From contig NC_091998.1 in the NCBI RefSeq assembly GCF_044704955.1, forward strand, positions 18,662,001 through 18,726,000: a stretch of 64,000 nt of DNA. Direction: 5' to 3'. The DNA comes from Pristiophorus japonicus. Its lineage: Eukaryota. The position numbers and the translations under genes are program-made. A model generated the notes under the pieces. The model worked only from the letters and a program-made list of their open reading frames with translations, was not told the DNA's origin and did no database searches. This document shows positions 12,991-25,541 of this stretch, piece by piece (position 1 is the stretch's first letter; the number at the start of each line of letters is the position of its first letter).

Positions 12991-13840
12991 CGGTTATCAA
13001 ATGCATTTTTAGGGAGGATATCAGGGCCATGGAGAAGGTGTAGAAGAGATTCACTAAGATGATAGTGAGGAGAGGGTTTAGTTATGGGAGAGACTAGAGA
13101 AAGTGAGGTTCCTTCCATTAGAACAAAGATGGTGAAGAGAAGATCTAATTGAGGGTTCTGAAATAATGTGAGTTATAAATTTCAGCGCTACACGAAATCT
13201 TCTCTTGCTTTCTGCATCCCTGATCACATTCAGAAGTGGACCCTGCATTCTAACACTATAACTAAGACCGACATAAAGCAACCAGCTTCAATTAAATATC
13301 ACATACTGATGCATGCAGATGCACAATATTTGTTTAAAATTAAACAGGAAATTAATACACTAGACAGACTGAAAATAAAGGGCTAATTGTGGCAATTTAT
13401 TTTTCTCAAAAACCACAAAACAGTCGCCAGAAAAGAGTGTGAACAGCCACCAGTGAACTAATGGGTGATTATTTCCTTATTCCTATACATTACAGTATCG
13501 ACAAAATAAATACATATTATAGGGCAGTCGAACATAAAATCTGCCCCCATTACTTACAGATAGAGTTGGACTTGTTGAGTGTGGCCAAAGACGAAGTAAG
13601 GGACCAAACCGGGACCAGCATCAGGAGCAGAGTACTTTTTCTATCTCTTCCATTCTCTGTGCCTCAATCTCTGGACTCTGTATATTTAGGGTGGGAGCTG
13701 CTAACTTTGACCTTTGCTGAGGCTGGGTTCTAAGCTGAGGCAGGATCATCATTGCACAGGTGCTCGGGCTATTTTTAACCAGAGTCTGAAATCCTAACCT
13801 CCTGGCACTGCAGAAATCCACCCATAAGGCAGCCCGAGGC

Positions 13841-15212
13841 GTGTCGGGGGAGAGGCAATGTCTAATACAGGCTGTGTCGGGGGAGGGGAGATGTATAATA
13901 CAGCCTGTGTCAGGGGAGGGGCAATGTATAATACAGCCTGTGTCGGGGGAGGGGAGATGTATAATGCAGCCTGTGTCAGGGGAGGGGCAATGTATAATAC
14001 AGCCTGTGTCGGGGGAGGGGAGATGTATAATGCAGCCTGTGTCAGGGGAGGGGCAATGTATAATACAGCCTGTGTCGGGGGAGGGGCAATGTATAATACA
14101 GGCTGTGTCGGGGGAGGGGAGATGTATAATACAGCCTGTGTCGGGGGAGGGGCAATGTATAATACAGCCTGTGTCGGGGGAGGGGCAATGTATAATACAG
14201 GCTGTGTCGGGGGAGGGGAGATGTATAATACAGCCTGTGTCGGGGGAGGGGCAATGTATAATACAGCCTGTGTCGGGGGAGGGGGCGATGTATAATACAG
14301 CCTGTGTCGGGGGAGGGGCAATGTATAATACAGCCTGTGTCGGGGGAGGGGAGATGTATAATACAGCCTGTGTCGGGGGAGGGGAGATGTATAATACAGC
14401 CTGTGTCGAGGGAGGGGGCGATGTATAATACAGCCTGTGTCGGGGGAGGGGAGATGTATAATACAGCTTGTGTCGGGGGAGGGGTGATGTATAATACAGC
14501 TTGTGTCGGGGGAGGGGCGATGTATAATACAGCCTGTGTCGGGGGAGGGGAGATGTATAATACAGCTTGTGTCGAGGGAGGGGGCGATGTATAATACAGC
14601 TTGTGTTGGGGGAGAGGCGTTGTATAATACAGCTTGAGGCATGTCGGGGGAGGGGCGATGTATAATACAGGTTGTGTTGGGGGAGGGGGCGATGAATAAT
14701 ACAGACTGTCTCGGGGGAGGGGGCGATGTATAATACAGCCTGTGTCGGGGGAGGGGCGATGTATAATACAGCTTGTGTCGGGGGAGGGGTGATGTATAAT
14801 ACAGCTTGTGTCGGGGGAGGGGCGATGTATAATACAGCTTGTGTCGGGGGAGGGGCGATGTATAATACAGACTGTGTCGGGGGAGGGGGCGATGTATAAT
14901 ACAGACTGTGTCGGGGGAGGGGGCGATGTATAATACAGCCTGTGTCGGGGGAGGGGCGCGATGTATAATACAGCCTGTGTCGGGGGAGGGGCGATGTATA
15001 ATACAGCCTGTGTCGGGGGAGGGGGCGATGTATAATACAGCCTGTGTCGGGGGAGGGGGCGATGTATAATACAGCCTGTGTCGGGGGAGGGGCGATGTAT
15101 AATACAGACTGTGTCGGGGGAGGGGGCGATGTATAATACAGCCTGTGTCGGGGGAGGGGGCGATGTATAATACAGCCTGTGTCGGGGGAGGGGCGATGTA
15201 TAATACAGACTG
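13841..15212. repeat. G-rich minisatellite, 33-34 bp unit, about 41 copies
   Basis: Consensus tgtgtcgggggaggggcgatgtataatacagcc, contiguous with no unique spacers. Confidence 0.95.
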
Positions 15213-15214
15213 AG

Positions 15215-15715
15215 GAATCATACAGCATGGAAGGAGGCCATTCGGCCCATCGTTCCTGTGCCGGCTCTTTGAAAGAGCGTTCCCATTAGTCCCACTCCCC
15301 CGCTCTTTCTCTAGAACCCGGCAAATCTTTCCTTTTCATGTATATATCCAATTTGCTTTTGAAAGATACTATTTAATCTGCTTCCACCTCCCTTTCAAGC
15401 AGCGCATTCCAGATCATCACAACTTACTTTGTTAAAAACATGTCCCTTTTATTGACTTAAATCTGTATCCTCTGACTGCTGACCTTCCAGCCAGTGCAAA
15501 CAGATTTTCCTGTTTACTCTTTGTAATTTTGAAAGCTCTATTAAATCTCCGCTTAACCTTCTCTGCTGTACGAAGACCAATCCAGCTTCTCCAGTCTCCC
15601 CACAGACCTGAGGCCCCGGTATTCTCAGACCTGGTATTCTCGCAAAGCCCCTCTGCACCATCTCCAAGGCTTCAACACCCTTCCTAATGTGTGGTGCCCA
15701 GAATTGGACACAATG
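15215..15715 (-). mobile_element. CR1 LINE 3' fragment
   Basis: QQRRLSGDLIE motif and CR1 3' UTR. Confidence 0.7.
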
Positions 15716-15950
15716 TCATGAGGGAGTCCATGTATAATACAGGCATGTCGAAGGGGATTCCGCAAGTAATATGTATCCTGACTCTGATCCATGACTGTTG
15801 AATGCATTAATATTGATTTTCATTGTTACTTGTTTATTAATAACTAATTTATGAAGAGACTTACTAACAAATTACAAAGTGATTTAAAAAAAATAGATGT
15901 ATTTTTTGTAAACCAGTGGTTATGTTAACTATCACTCACTGATATAGTTT

Positions 15951-16240
15951 ATCATCATCACAGGCAGTCCCTCGAAGCAAGGATGACTTGCTTCCACGCC
16001 AAAAAGGGATGAGTTCACAGGTGTTTCAATGAAGGACCTAATATTCCAGGTCCCGAACTACATCTTGAAGGGTGGAAGATGCCTGTGTGTGGATTTTTTT
16101 AACGTGGGGTGGCCGTTGCACACCAGCCACCACACGGGCTTGACAGAGCTAGGTCTTGGTCCAGTGGCAAGGGTTAACCAAGATGACTGGAGACCAAGCT
16201 CTGCTTCTGCGCGCACGTATCGCAGTGTGGGCTGGCCCGT
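15951..16240 (-). mobile_element. Non-autonomous RTE-tailed short element
   Basis: Homologous to 38312-38541 and 39405-39684; 3' tail ggaagcaagtcatcct...gggactgcctgtgatgatga is shared with the RTE LINE copies. Confidence 0.7.
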
Positions 16241-17132
16241 GCTACCCCTGGGCCCTCGCCTCTTCTGGGCCCCAAACTCTCATCCTTCCTGGGCCCCAGT
16301 TACTTCCCTCTACAAACTCTTGCCGCTCCTTCGCCCCTCCTGCTGAACCTGCCCACGCTCCAATCAGCGACCTGGCTTCGTAGCTGTCGCCCTCCAGCAG
16401 GAGCACACGTCGCCTGCTGATGGTCTTGCAGGCCGGGATTTCCGGGCCGGGCTGCCACACACTGCTCCCTTCAATGAACACAGGAATCGCTGTTATACTC
16501 ACTGGTACAGTTTGATTCCTGTGTTAGACCAGCGATTGACTTATCAGGCCACAAATAATGTCTAACAATGAAGACAAATTGCTCAATGTTGATTAATTCT
16601 TCCGTTCAGATCATAACAGGAGTTTGGCACCATATCAGGACATTGCAGTGTGTGCAGCTGACAAATGGTATCTGGTTCCACAGCTACTCGAGGCCATCTT
16701 TCAGTGTTTTATAATGTAATCGACATTCCAGGACACATGCAGTGAGTCACATTCCCGGAGGTTTGCAGACTATCGCGTTGAGTGGTGTGTCATTATTCCA
16801 TACTAAGCAAATCCCTGCTGCTATTCCAATGCCTCGGCGGTGCTGACTGAGAGTTGCAATGACCAAAAACAACTCGAGATATCAATTCCACATGGTGAGA
16901 GAACGTCACATCTTTCACTTCGCATTTCCTTTTGGAGAAGGATTCTGTCATTTATTTTATGAGATAGTGAAGCAGAGAAATTAGAGAAAACATATAAAGT
17001 CAAACAAATATTCATAGTGTTCTGGAATAAAAGAAAAATCTTAGAATCTCATTGCATTGTGGATTTGATGCCGAGTTATATCACCATCCATCTCGATATG
17101 GTGATGCTCTTGTTTTGACTATCACTGTTAAA

Positions 17133-17425
17133 AATGAAAAAGACACGCATTTATATATTGCCTTTCACGATCACCGGACATCTCAAAGCGCTTTACAGCC
17201 AATGAAGTACTTTTGGAGTGTAGTCACTGTTGGTAATGTGGGAAATGCGGCAGCCAATTTGCGCACAGCAAGCTCCCACAAACAGCAATGTGATAATGAG
17301 CAGATAATCTGTTTTTGTTATGTTGATTGAGGGATAATTATTGGCCAGGACACCGGGGATAACTCCCCTGCTCATCTTCAAAATAGTGCCGTGGGATCTT
17401 ATACGTCCACCTGAGAGAGCAGACA
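17133..17425 (-). mobile_element. tRNA-derived SINE with L2-type tail (partial)
   Basis: Core attatcacattgctgtttgtgggagcttgctgtgcgcaaattggctgcc and the aaaggcaatatataaatgc tail. Confidence 0.75.
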
Positions 17426-17534
17426 AAGGGCTATCGACCTGAAACCTTAACTGTTTCTCTCTCCACAGATGCTGCTTGACCCGCTGAAATTTCCAGCATT
17501 TTCTGTTTTTATTTCAGATTTCAGCATCGGCAGT

Positions 17535-18130
17535 AATTTGTATTCGAGGATAAATCTAACCCCGCCAATTGCCTCCCGATATTAACCGCTCGGCTCCAGA
17601 TCTCATCGTTGCTTTCATGCAAACATGGGCACAAAACCTGAATGCCAGAGGAGCGATGAGAGTTGGTCCGCATCAAGGCAGCAGAGACTGAATCGTGCAC
17701 CAAGGAGACCAGCAAAATCAATGGTGGTCCAGGGAAACCCCTCCAGGGGTTGGAATCAATCCTGATACAAAGGAAGGTGGCTGTCTGGGTTGAATCGTCA
17801 CAACCGCAGGACAGCATTCCGGGAGTTCCTCGGGGAATGTTTTTCAGCCCAACCATCTTCAGCTGCTTCATCAGTGACTTTTTCTCCATCATTAGATGAG
17901 AAGTGGGGCTGTTATTTAACAATTCTACAATGTTCAGCTCCATTCACAACTCCTCCAAGTTGTGGAAATGTTACCGTTCTTTCACCTTTGCTGGCTCAAA
18001 GTCCTAAACTTTCCCACCTAACATCTTTGTGGGAGAACCATCACATGTGTCCAAGGAGGCCACACCACCACCTTCTTGGGACAACTAGGGAAGACATTTA
18101 AAGCAGCCCAGCCACATCACCCACATCCCA
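17535..18130 (+). mobile_element. Old CR1/L2-group LINE RT fragment
   Basis: PGVPRGMFFSPTIFSCFISD resembles the [19 protein letters not shown] RT motif. Confidence 0.55.
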
Positions 18131-18911
18131 AGAGCAAAAAAATACATCATATTAAATTCATAACAAATACAACATTTTGAAATGTTTACAATAAATTGGA
18201 ACGACTGAACTTTTGACAGTTATTTATAACCCATTGCGATTTATTAATAATTTTATAGATAAACACATAGGAGAAGCAAACATGCTGCAAAGCAGTTAGA
18301 AATATTGGGAAAATATAATTTTGGACATCCTGATATTTACTTTGGGTCCATAATACACTAGGAAACCCTTCAAATCTCTGTGACTCTGAATGTAATGTCT
18401 ATCTGTTGACTACGGTGTTGTTTATGGAAAAGCAGTTTTCTCTTGGAATGGTGAGTGGAATTTCCTCATGTCTCCAATCTATTCAACATTAACTTGAAAC
18501 AGAAATGACAGCGCTCACATTTCTCTAACATTAACTCCACAAACCTTTCTAAACAAGGATCACTGTCTTAGATGCATTACGTCAAACCATCAATCTCTGA
18601 ACTATTTATTCCACTGCATCAGTGTCCAGGAATTTGGATTGATTGAATTCACAGAATTCCTGCTCTGGTCCACTGACTCAAGTGATTAATATAAGGTGCA
18701 AAAATTTAAGCTTTGGTGCCAATAAAGCCACATTAGCCTGATAAACAATTGTCTATCAGTTCTCAGGTATCCAAGAAGGTGCTGAACTAAATTGAAAGTC
18801 TAAAGTTGATAAATCTCCATCTATTTTTGTTGTGTAGCATTCACATCTGTCGAGTTTCTTCGCAAATGAAGTCTCAGTGAAGTGACCACATGTTTATTGT
18901 TTGGGGTCCAG

Positions 18912-19111
18912 TCATCGTTTCCTTTCGTTCACTAAGGCTCTGTCAAGCTCCCGGAGTTGACCGAGGAAGCCATTGTTGGGTGAGATGTTTCTATGAGCGC
19001 TCACGGTTTTGATAGCCTCGACCAGAGATTTCTGTTCACAGATCATTAAAAACGCAAGGACCAGAGTTGCAGCCCGGCTGATTCCCATAGCACAATGAAC
19101 AAACACTTTAC
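18912..19111 (-). CDS. DUSP13B: DUSP13B (TMDP)-like last coding exon
   Basis: cctttgcag|GT, then KVFVHCAMGISRAATLVLAFLMICEQKSLVEAIKTVSAHRNISPNNGFLGQLRELDRALVNERKR*. LAFLMICE and AHRNI match DUSP13B. Confidence 0.88.
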
Positions 19112-19876
19112 CTGCAAAGGAAGATAAATATCCATATCAACACACTGTGCACAGAGCACTGCATATAAGAATGATTGATTTTCTGAACTTAGACTATCTA
19201 TGATGTGAGACAGTTACTTTGCCAATTTATCTCATAATAGTTGGATGGGCACTTAAAGTGCCGTAACCTGCAGGGTTACGGACCTAGAGCTGGTAATTGG
19301 GATTAGACTGGATGACCTTTTGTTGGACGGCGCAGATATAATGGTAAGTACCGCAGGGAATCGAATACGGCCAGGGTGATCTCCTGGACGAGTTTCGATC
19401 GCCTGAATGGGTCAGAGGAATTTTCCCAGATTTTTTCTCCCTAATTTGGCCTGTGTTTTTATCTCGTTTTTGCCTCTCCCAAGAGATCACATGACTCCGG
19501 TTGGGGTGGAGTGTAGAATGTTTCAGTATAAGGGGTGTTGCAGTTGTGTGAGGCGGACTGGTTGTGCTGGGTGCTCTTTGCCTTTTCATCATTGTTTGTA
19601 GATTTATATGTAACCTTTCGGGCTGCTGACCGAGGGCCTTGCGGCTCTTTGTCGGCCAGTGTGGACACGATGGGCCGAAATGGCCTCATTCTGCGCTGTA
19701 AATTTCTATGCTTCTAGTTGCTCCTTAGTGGACCCAATTGAAATCTCTTAAATTATTTTTACATCATTAGACAGCAGGGATATAAGTGCTACCATGGGTT
19801 AGCTGCACTGTCCTTTCACCGCTTGGATCTGGGTTTGGATCCAGCCCAGATCGAGGGGTGATTGTCTCCTATTTCT

Positions 19877-20960
19877 CAGTCAGAAGGTTGTGGATTCAAA
19901 CCCCACTCCAAGGACTTGAGCACAAAATCCTGGCTGGCACTCCCAGTGCAGTGCTGAGGGAGTGCAGCATAGTCAGAGGTGCCATCTTTCGGATAAGACG
20001 TCTGCCCTCTCGGGTGGATATAAAAGAACCTATGGCACTATTTCAAAGCAGAGCAGGGGAGTTATCCCTGGTATCCTGGTCAATATTGATCCCTCAACTA
20101 ACAGCTAAAGCAGATTACCTGGTCATTATCACATTGTTGTTTTTGGGATCTTGCTATGCCCAAATTGGCTGCTGCGTTTCCCACATTACAACAGCGACTA
20201 CATTCCAAAAGTACTCCATTGGCTGTAAAGTGCTTTGGAACATCCTGAGTTTGTGAAAGACGCTATAAAAAGAAAGACTTGCATTTATATAGCGCCTTTC
20301 ACGACCACCGGACGTCTCAAAGCACTTTACAGCCAATGAAGTACTTTTGGAGTGCAGTCGCTATTGTAATGTAGGAAACACAGCAGCCAATTTGCGCACA
20401 GCAAGCTCCCACAAACAGCAATGTGATAATGACCAGATAATCTGTTTTTCTCCTGTTGATTGAACGATAAATATTGGCCTGGACGCTGGGGATAACTGGA
20501 GGGCGGTTTGGAGGAGATATGAGGGAAAATGTCTTCACTCAGAGGGTGGTGAGGGTCTAGAACTCACTGCCTGAAAGGGTGGTCGAGGCAGAAACCCTCC
20601 CCACATTTTAAAAGTACTTGGATGTGCACTTAAAGTGCTGTAACCTACAGGACTCCGGACCAAGAGCTGGAAAGTGGGATTAGGCATGGACATGATGAAC
20701 CGAAATGGCCTCCTTCTGTGCTGTAAATCTTTATGATTCTATGCTCTTCTTCAAAATAGTGCCATGGAATCTTTTATGTCCACCTGAGAGAGCAGACGGG
20801 ACCTCGGTTTAATGTCTTATCCAAACGACGGCACCTCCGACAGTGCAGCACTCCCTCAGCATTGCACTGGCGTGTCAGCCTAGATTTATGTGCTGAAGTG
20901 GAGTGGGACTTGAACCCACAACCTTCTGACTCGGAGACGAGAGTGCTACACTGAGCTACA
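19877..20960. mobile_element. Tail-to-tail pair of tRNA-derived SINEs; the second is interrupted by a CR1 3' end (about 20498-20742)
   Basis: Plus copy at about 19877-20268 and minus copy at about 20270-20960; the SINE sequence resumes after the CR1 tail. Confidence 0.75.
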
Positions 20961-21526
20961 ACGTATATAAATGCATGTCTTTATTTATAGCCTATCCAAG
21001 GCAATACTGCAATTATTGAAGAAACCCCCATGATGGATGGAAGGACAGGGAACACTTTTGATGGTCACATTAATATTATCCTGATCCTCTACACAGTAAA
21101 GGGTCCTGTCTTCACCCTAACTCCATTTGTCCCTGTGGGACGGACTCAGTCACTCACACTCTTTCCTCGTCCTGCTCTCACATTCTCTGACACATCCACT
21201 CTTGCCATATGTCCCTAGCAGGTTTTATAACTAACAGATAGGAATCAGACCCTCAGTAAATCTGTACAGGATCTGCATCAGTCAAGGGGTAACTATCATT
21301 ATATTCAGCTAAGACCTAACTGATGGTTTTCGTTGTGTGATTTGTTTACAGGTGAGTGGCAATCCCTTCTCTGAGGTTGAGAAACGTCAATGAGCTGTCT
21401 GCCTGAACGTCGATTAAAAGTTAAAAGAAAATAGTAACCGCTTCCTTAAATGTGCATCTAATAAAAATACAGGGAGGGTTTCCCCCTCCTCACACTCCTG
21501 TAGTGCCCGTTGCAGATGGCACTATA

Positions 21527-22161
21527 CGGCCTAGCGATTCGGGCGCAGGGTTCAATCCCCGCATCTTATTGGCGAGGCCCAAGGTGCCCCCGATATTGGG
21601 CTTCGGGCCTCATTTCCATGAACGGGACGAACTGTGGAAAGAGACAACTCGCCCGGAAAAGTGTGATTGGAGATCGGCCGGTTGCGACACTCGCTGTGGT
21701 CCTCGGGTAAGTGAGGAAGGGAGGGCGAGCGGGTCGGGCAGTAGTGGTGGCCGGCGGGGGCGGGAGCGAGGGGTGTGGATTGGTTGCCGGGGAGGTGTGG
21801 TGATACTGGTAGTGGGAGCGCGAGGGCCTGTGTTCTTTGAATGTGGGGCCGGGAGAAATATTTTAAAAAACTCACCTTGCCGGTTGCGGCCTGGTTTTCC
21901 AGAGTGGGGCCTGCACCTCAGCCTCGGGACCATCCAATCTTGCAGTGGGGGCCTCAGACAGGCATTGGGCCTCTTATTTGCAAACACAGAGGGCCTAGCG
22001 CCTACTTCAGGTGTGGGCACTGCACGCTGATTCTTTGACCAATTACCAATATTGCACATCTGGCTCACAATGAGCGACCTCTTTCTGCCCGCCATATTGG
22101 AGACTTAACATTCTGTTTAGCGCCCGAAAAGTGAGCGCTGCATGGCTGGATCTCTAGGCCG
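21527..22161. mobile_element. GC-rich non-autonomous TIR element (Harbinger-like)
   Basis: Imperfect 18-bp TIRs (cggcctagcgattcgggc vs reverse-complemented end cggcctagagatccagcc); flanks ata/atg. Confidence 0.5.
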
Positions 22162-23011
22162 ATGACTCCTGTCAGCGTGTAAATACTAGAAGCAATCACT
22201 CATCCCACATTTCATAACCCTTCAAGTTTTCAAGGACACTTAATAAATTAACAAATGAGCAATTATTGCGGATGATCTGTGTGAACAGGGGCACCAACCA
22301 TACGTTTCCTACTTTATTTATTCTTTAAAAGGATTCCATTACACATCCATTTGATAGGTTCAGAATAAGGGGCCGCCCATTTGAAACAGAGATGAGGAGG
22401 AATTTCTTCTCTCAGAGGATTGTAAATATGGAATTCGCTGCCTCAGAGAGCTGTGGAAACTGGGACATTGAAGAAATTTAAGACAGAGATAGACAGTTTC
22501 TTAAACGATTAGGGGTTATGGGGAGCGGGAGGGGAAATGGAGCTGAGTCCATCAGATCAGCCATGATCTTATTAAATGGCGGAGCAGGCTCGAGGGGCCG
22601 TATGGCCTACTCCTGTTCCTATTTCTTATGTTCTTATAAAAGCTGTGTTTATCTCCATCATCTCTCTTTATGACAACGAGACAATTAGAGTCTGGGCCCC
22701 TCCTACTTCAGGCTCCAAGGGGTATCTCACCTGCCTTAGGGACAGAAGGAAGGGTTAAAGTGGTATGGTTGATGGAACTGCTTTCATTGTGCTTGTGCCC
22801 GATGAAATTCCAATTTGATTTTGTGTGTTAAGAAGGGCCACTTCTGCAGAGGGGCACAAAGTATTTCCTAATTACTTATTCCACTGTAGATGGAAATGTG
22901 ATGAAAAATAGAAAGGCAGATCGGGAAGTAACCATGTGAGAAGATAGCTTTCTGACCCTACTTTCAAATTACATTGGACATCGATTATCATTGAGCTTCC
23001 CAGCTACTTAC

Positions 23012-23232
23012 CACCAAGTGTGTTTAGTCCAGCTCTTATGAATTTTGCAGCTGGGAGAAAAAAGGCACTAAGATTGAAATCTGGGGCATCAAACGCCTCT
23101 ATTCCATAGTAATGTATTTCCATGTCCTTGTAATATATGGCTCCAGTGTTAATATTGAACTTTCCATCAGCAGCATTGAGGATGTGTGTAATCCCCAGGC
23201 TCTGGAGAGTTGACTTATCTCGTGCTGTCCAC
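23012..23232 (-). CDS. DUSP13B: DUSP13B-like middle coding exon (221 bp)
   Basis: ttccccag|G ... GGT G|gtaagt. Encodes WTARDKSTLQSLGITHILNAADGKFNINTGAIYYKDMEIHYYGIEAFDAPDFNLSAFFLPAAKFIRAGLNTLG. Confidence 0.88.
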
Positions 23233-23683
23233 CTGGGGAACATTAAATGATTATTTTAATCTTATTTAGAACATAAATAGCTTACAGAGTCTTGCTGTGT
23301 TGCCAAGATTGGTAATTTCACTGCCCAGAGACTCAATATTTCACGCATGCACAAAAAACCAATCAAAAGCATTGACCCAGAATGTGCTGGAGGGGGGCAT
23401 CATACATTGTGCCCCGATAGTTAGTCTTTATCCCTCACCCTTCAGCTCAAAATTATTTGCCCTGCGCGTCGCTGGAGGGAGGAGCTGATAACGGCGCGGC
23501 CAGGGTGATCGGACATCTGGGACCGAGAAACCAGGCAAGTGTGTTGTTAAAAACGAGCAGATTATTTGTCTGCTCAGTCACTGACTATTTCCAATTTGAA
23601 CACTAGGTATTGCAGGCAAATGAGGTGGCCGCCTGTAATGTATGAATCTGTGTGGATGCTCACAGGTTTGTAGAGATCTTGAG

Positions 23684-24610
23684 GGAGCCGGCGCCTCACA
23701 ACTTGAGCCTCCTCGGGGAAATCCCCTCTGTGCCTTTCAGTTCCGCACGGAGGGGATTCCTGTACGGGCTGCTCCTGCACACTCTCCACCTTGCCATTCT
23801 CGTCTGCCGTCAGGACATGCCATGGCGCACCATCTTGCCGTCTGGAAGAGGCGGGGGGTTTCCCTTGGAGTGCACTCTACGCGGGAGTCCTCCCTCTATT
23901 TATTGGGTACTTGGTCTGGAGGGTGGTGCACGGAGCAGTCCCGTGCAATAAGTTTTTAAGTCGGTTCATGGGCTCCCAGGCCCCCTGCAATTTCTGCGGT
24001 CTGGAAGAGTCCGTGTTCCATGTTTTTATCGAATGTGTGAGGTTGCAGCCCCTGTTCCAATATCTGAAGGGGCTGGTCCTCAAATTCTCGTTGCACTTCA
24101 GTCCCACACTCCTGATCTTTGGGCACCCTGTGCAGAGGGGAGCGGGTAGGTCTGAGGGCCTCCTCGTAGGGCTGCTCCTGGGTACGGCCAAGGGGGCCAT
24201 CAGCCGGTCCAGGCAGCGGGCAGTCGAGGGGGCCGCTCAGCCTGACTGCCTGCCTCACTTCCGTGGTTACATCCGAGCCAGGGTGTCCCTGGAGATGGAA
24301 CACGTGGTGTCCACCGGTACGCTCGCGGCCTTCCGCGAGAGGTGGGCGCCGGAGAGACTGGAGTGCATCATCATCCCCGGCAACCAAATTTTAATTTGAT
24401 TTTAAATGTCTAAAGTTTAATTTGTTTATTGTGTCGGTTTTAATGCCCCCCCCCTTTTAGCCAGGGGGCATTTGTATAATTTGTGTTTTTAGTGCCCTCA
24501 ATAAAAAAAACAAAAAACAAGGGGGCACTTATTTGAAAGTGTTCGGAGTGTCCACCCCTTTAATCAGGGAGCACTTGTTTTTAATGATTTAATTGTTCAC
24601 AACAAAATAG
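23684..24610 (+). mobile_element. Tx1-clade LINE, 5'-truncated (copy A)
   Basis: ORF 23791-24399 with WRVVHGAV...CNFCGLEESVFHVFIEC (CCHC knuckle of L1/Tx1 ORF2); T-rich 3' UTR ending aaaatag. Confidence 0.85.
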
Positions 24611-24626
24611 TTGGAGAGCTCTTGAG

Positions 24627-24971
24627 TCGAAGGGCCTCTTCATGGGACTGCTCCTGGGCCTGGCCAAAGGGACTATTATCGGGTCCAGGCAGCGAGCGGT
24701 CGAGGGGGTCATTCAGCCCAACTGCCTGCCTCTCTTCCATGGCTACGTTCGCGCCAGGGTGCCCATGGCGATGGAGCACGCGGTGTCCACAGATACGCTC
24801 GCGGCCTTCCTTGAGAGGTGGGTACTGGAGGGACTGGAGTGCATCATTACAGCTGGAAACAGAATTTTAATTTGATTTGGCAAGGTTCCCTTTAATGTTT
24901 CTTTGATAACTTGTGGGTTTTGGTGCCCTCGCAAAAGGGGGCACTTGGTTTAATGTTATAATTTTAAATAG
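24627..24971 (+). mobile_element. Tx1-clade LINE, 5'-truncated (copy B)
   Basis: GLLLGLAKGTIIGSRQRAVEG...LECIITAGNRILI*, homologous to the C-terminus of copy A; ends aaatag. Confidence 0.85.
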
Positions 24972-25349
24972 TTGTAGAGCTGTTGAGTTGGGAGTGGCTT
25001 AGCCAGTCACGTGATGATCACAAGACTCAATAAAACCCCGGCCAGTTCGGTTCAGGGGATCCACGATGAGGCAGGTGATTGTGAGCCTGGTGGATGAATA
25101 GGTAATGTGTCGTGTGATTGTTAAGCAAAGAACCCATGAAGCAAATACATTACACTGCCTAAAGCAGGTTGGAGCCTCCTAGGTTTGTGCAGTTTTAACT
25201 GGCCGGAGTGGGGAAGCCACCTATTACTCTTACAGGTAAGAGGCCTGTAAGGTAAGTTTTCTACACCGTCCGGTGTTAAAACACACCCCCTAGTTTTTCA
25301 TGCAACCGAGGCGGATAACTGAACAATCTATTTTAAGCTGTGCTCTTAC

Positions 25350-25513
25350 GCATCTCCCAGGTGAAGGTTTGGCCAGACCTGATCCACGTGTCCACCGTTT
25401 ACGTTGGTCCACAGAAGGCGCTGGAGCTCTGATAGAGTTGGAGGTTCATAATCTCCCTCACTTCCATTCCCCAAACCAGACCGCGGCACAAGGGCCTTGT
25501 CTGATTCTTCCAT
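25350..25513 (-). CDS. DUSP13B: DUSP13B-like first coding exon
   Basis: Acceptor ttttcag|A ATG; MEESDKALVPRSGLGNGSEGDYEPPTLSELQRLLWTNVNGGHVDQVWPNLHLGD, then GC|gtaag. YEPPTLSELQRLLW resembles DUSP13B YQPPTLASLQRLLW. Spliced CDS is 585 nt (194 aa). Not in the ORF track. Confidence 0.88.
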
Positions 25514-25541
25514 TCTGAAAAGCAAAGTGTATTATTATTCC

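Larger units (their letters stand above)
23634..25154 (+). mobile_element. Small TG...CA element (probable solo LTR) carrying two tandem Tx1 insertions
   Basis: Ends TGTAATGTAT...ATACATTACA; TSD ccgcc/ctgcc; both halves are colinear with the empty copy at 44600-44873. Confidence 0.85.

Noticed and set aside
13621-15228. Long ORFs (535 and 475 aa) and a CRISPR-like look over the tandem array
   Set aside because: The ORFs are by-products of a stop-free 33-bp unit that is open in several frames. There are no unique spacers, no cas genes, and the context is eukaryotic.
21452-22095. 192-aa and 161-aa ORFs or a CpG-island promoter
   Set aside because: They lie in GC-rich sequence bounded by imperfect TIRs within an intron and show no protein motifs.
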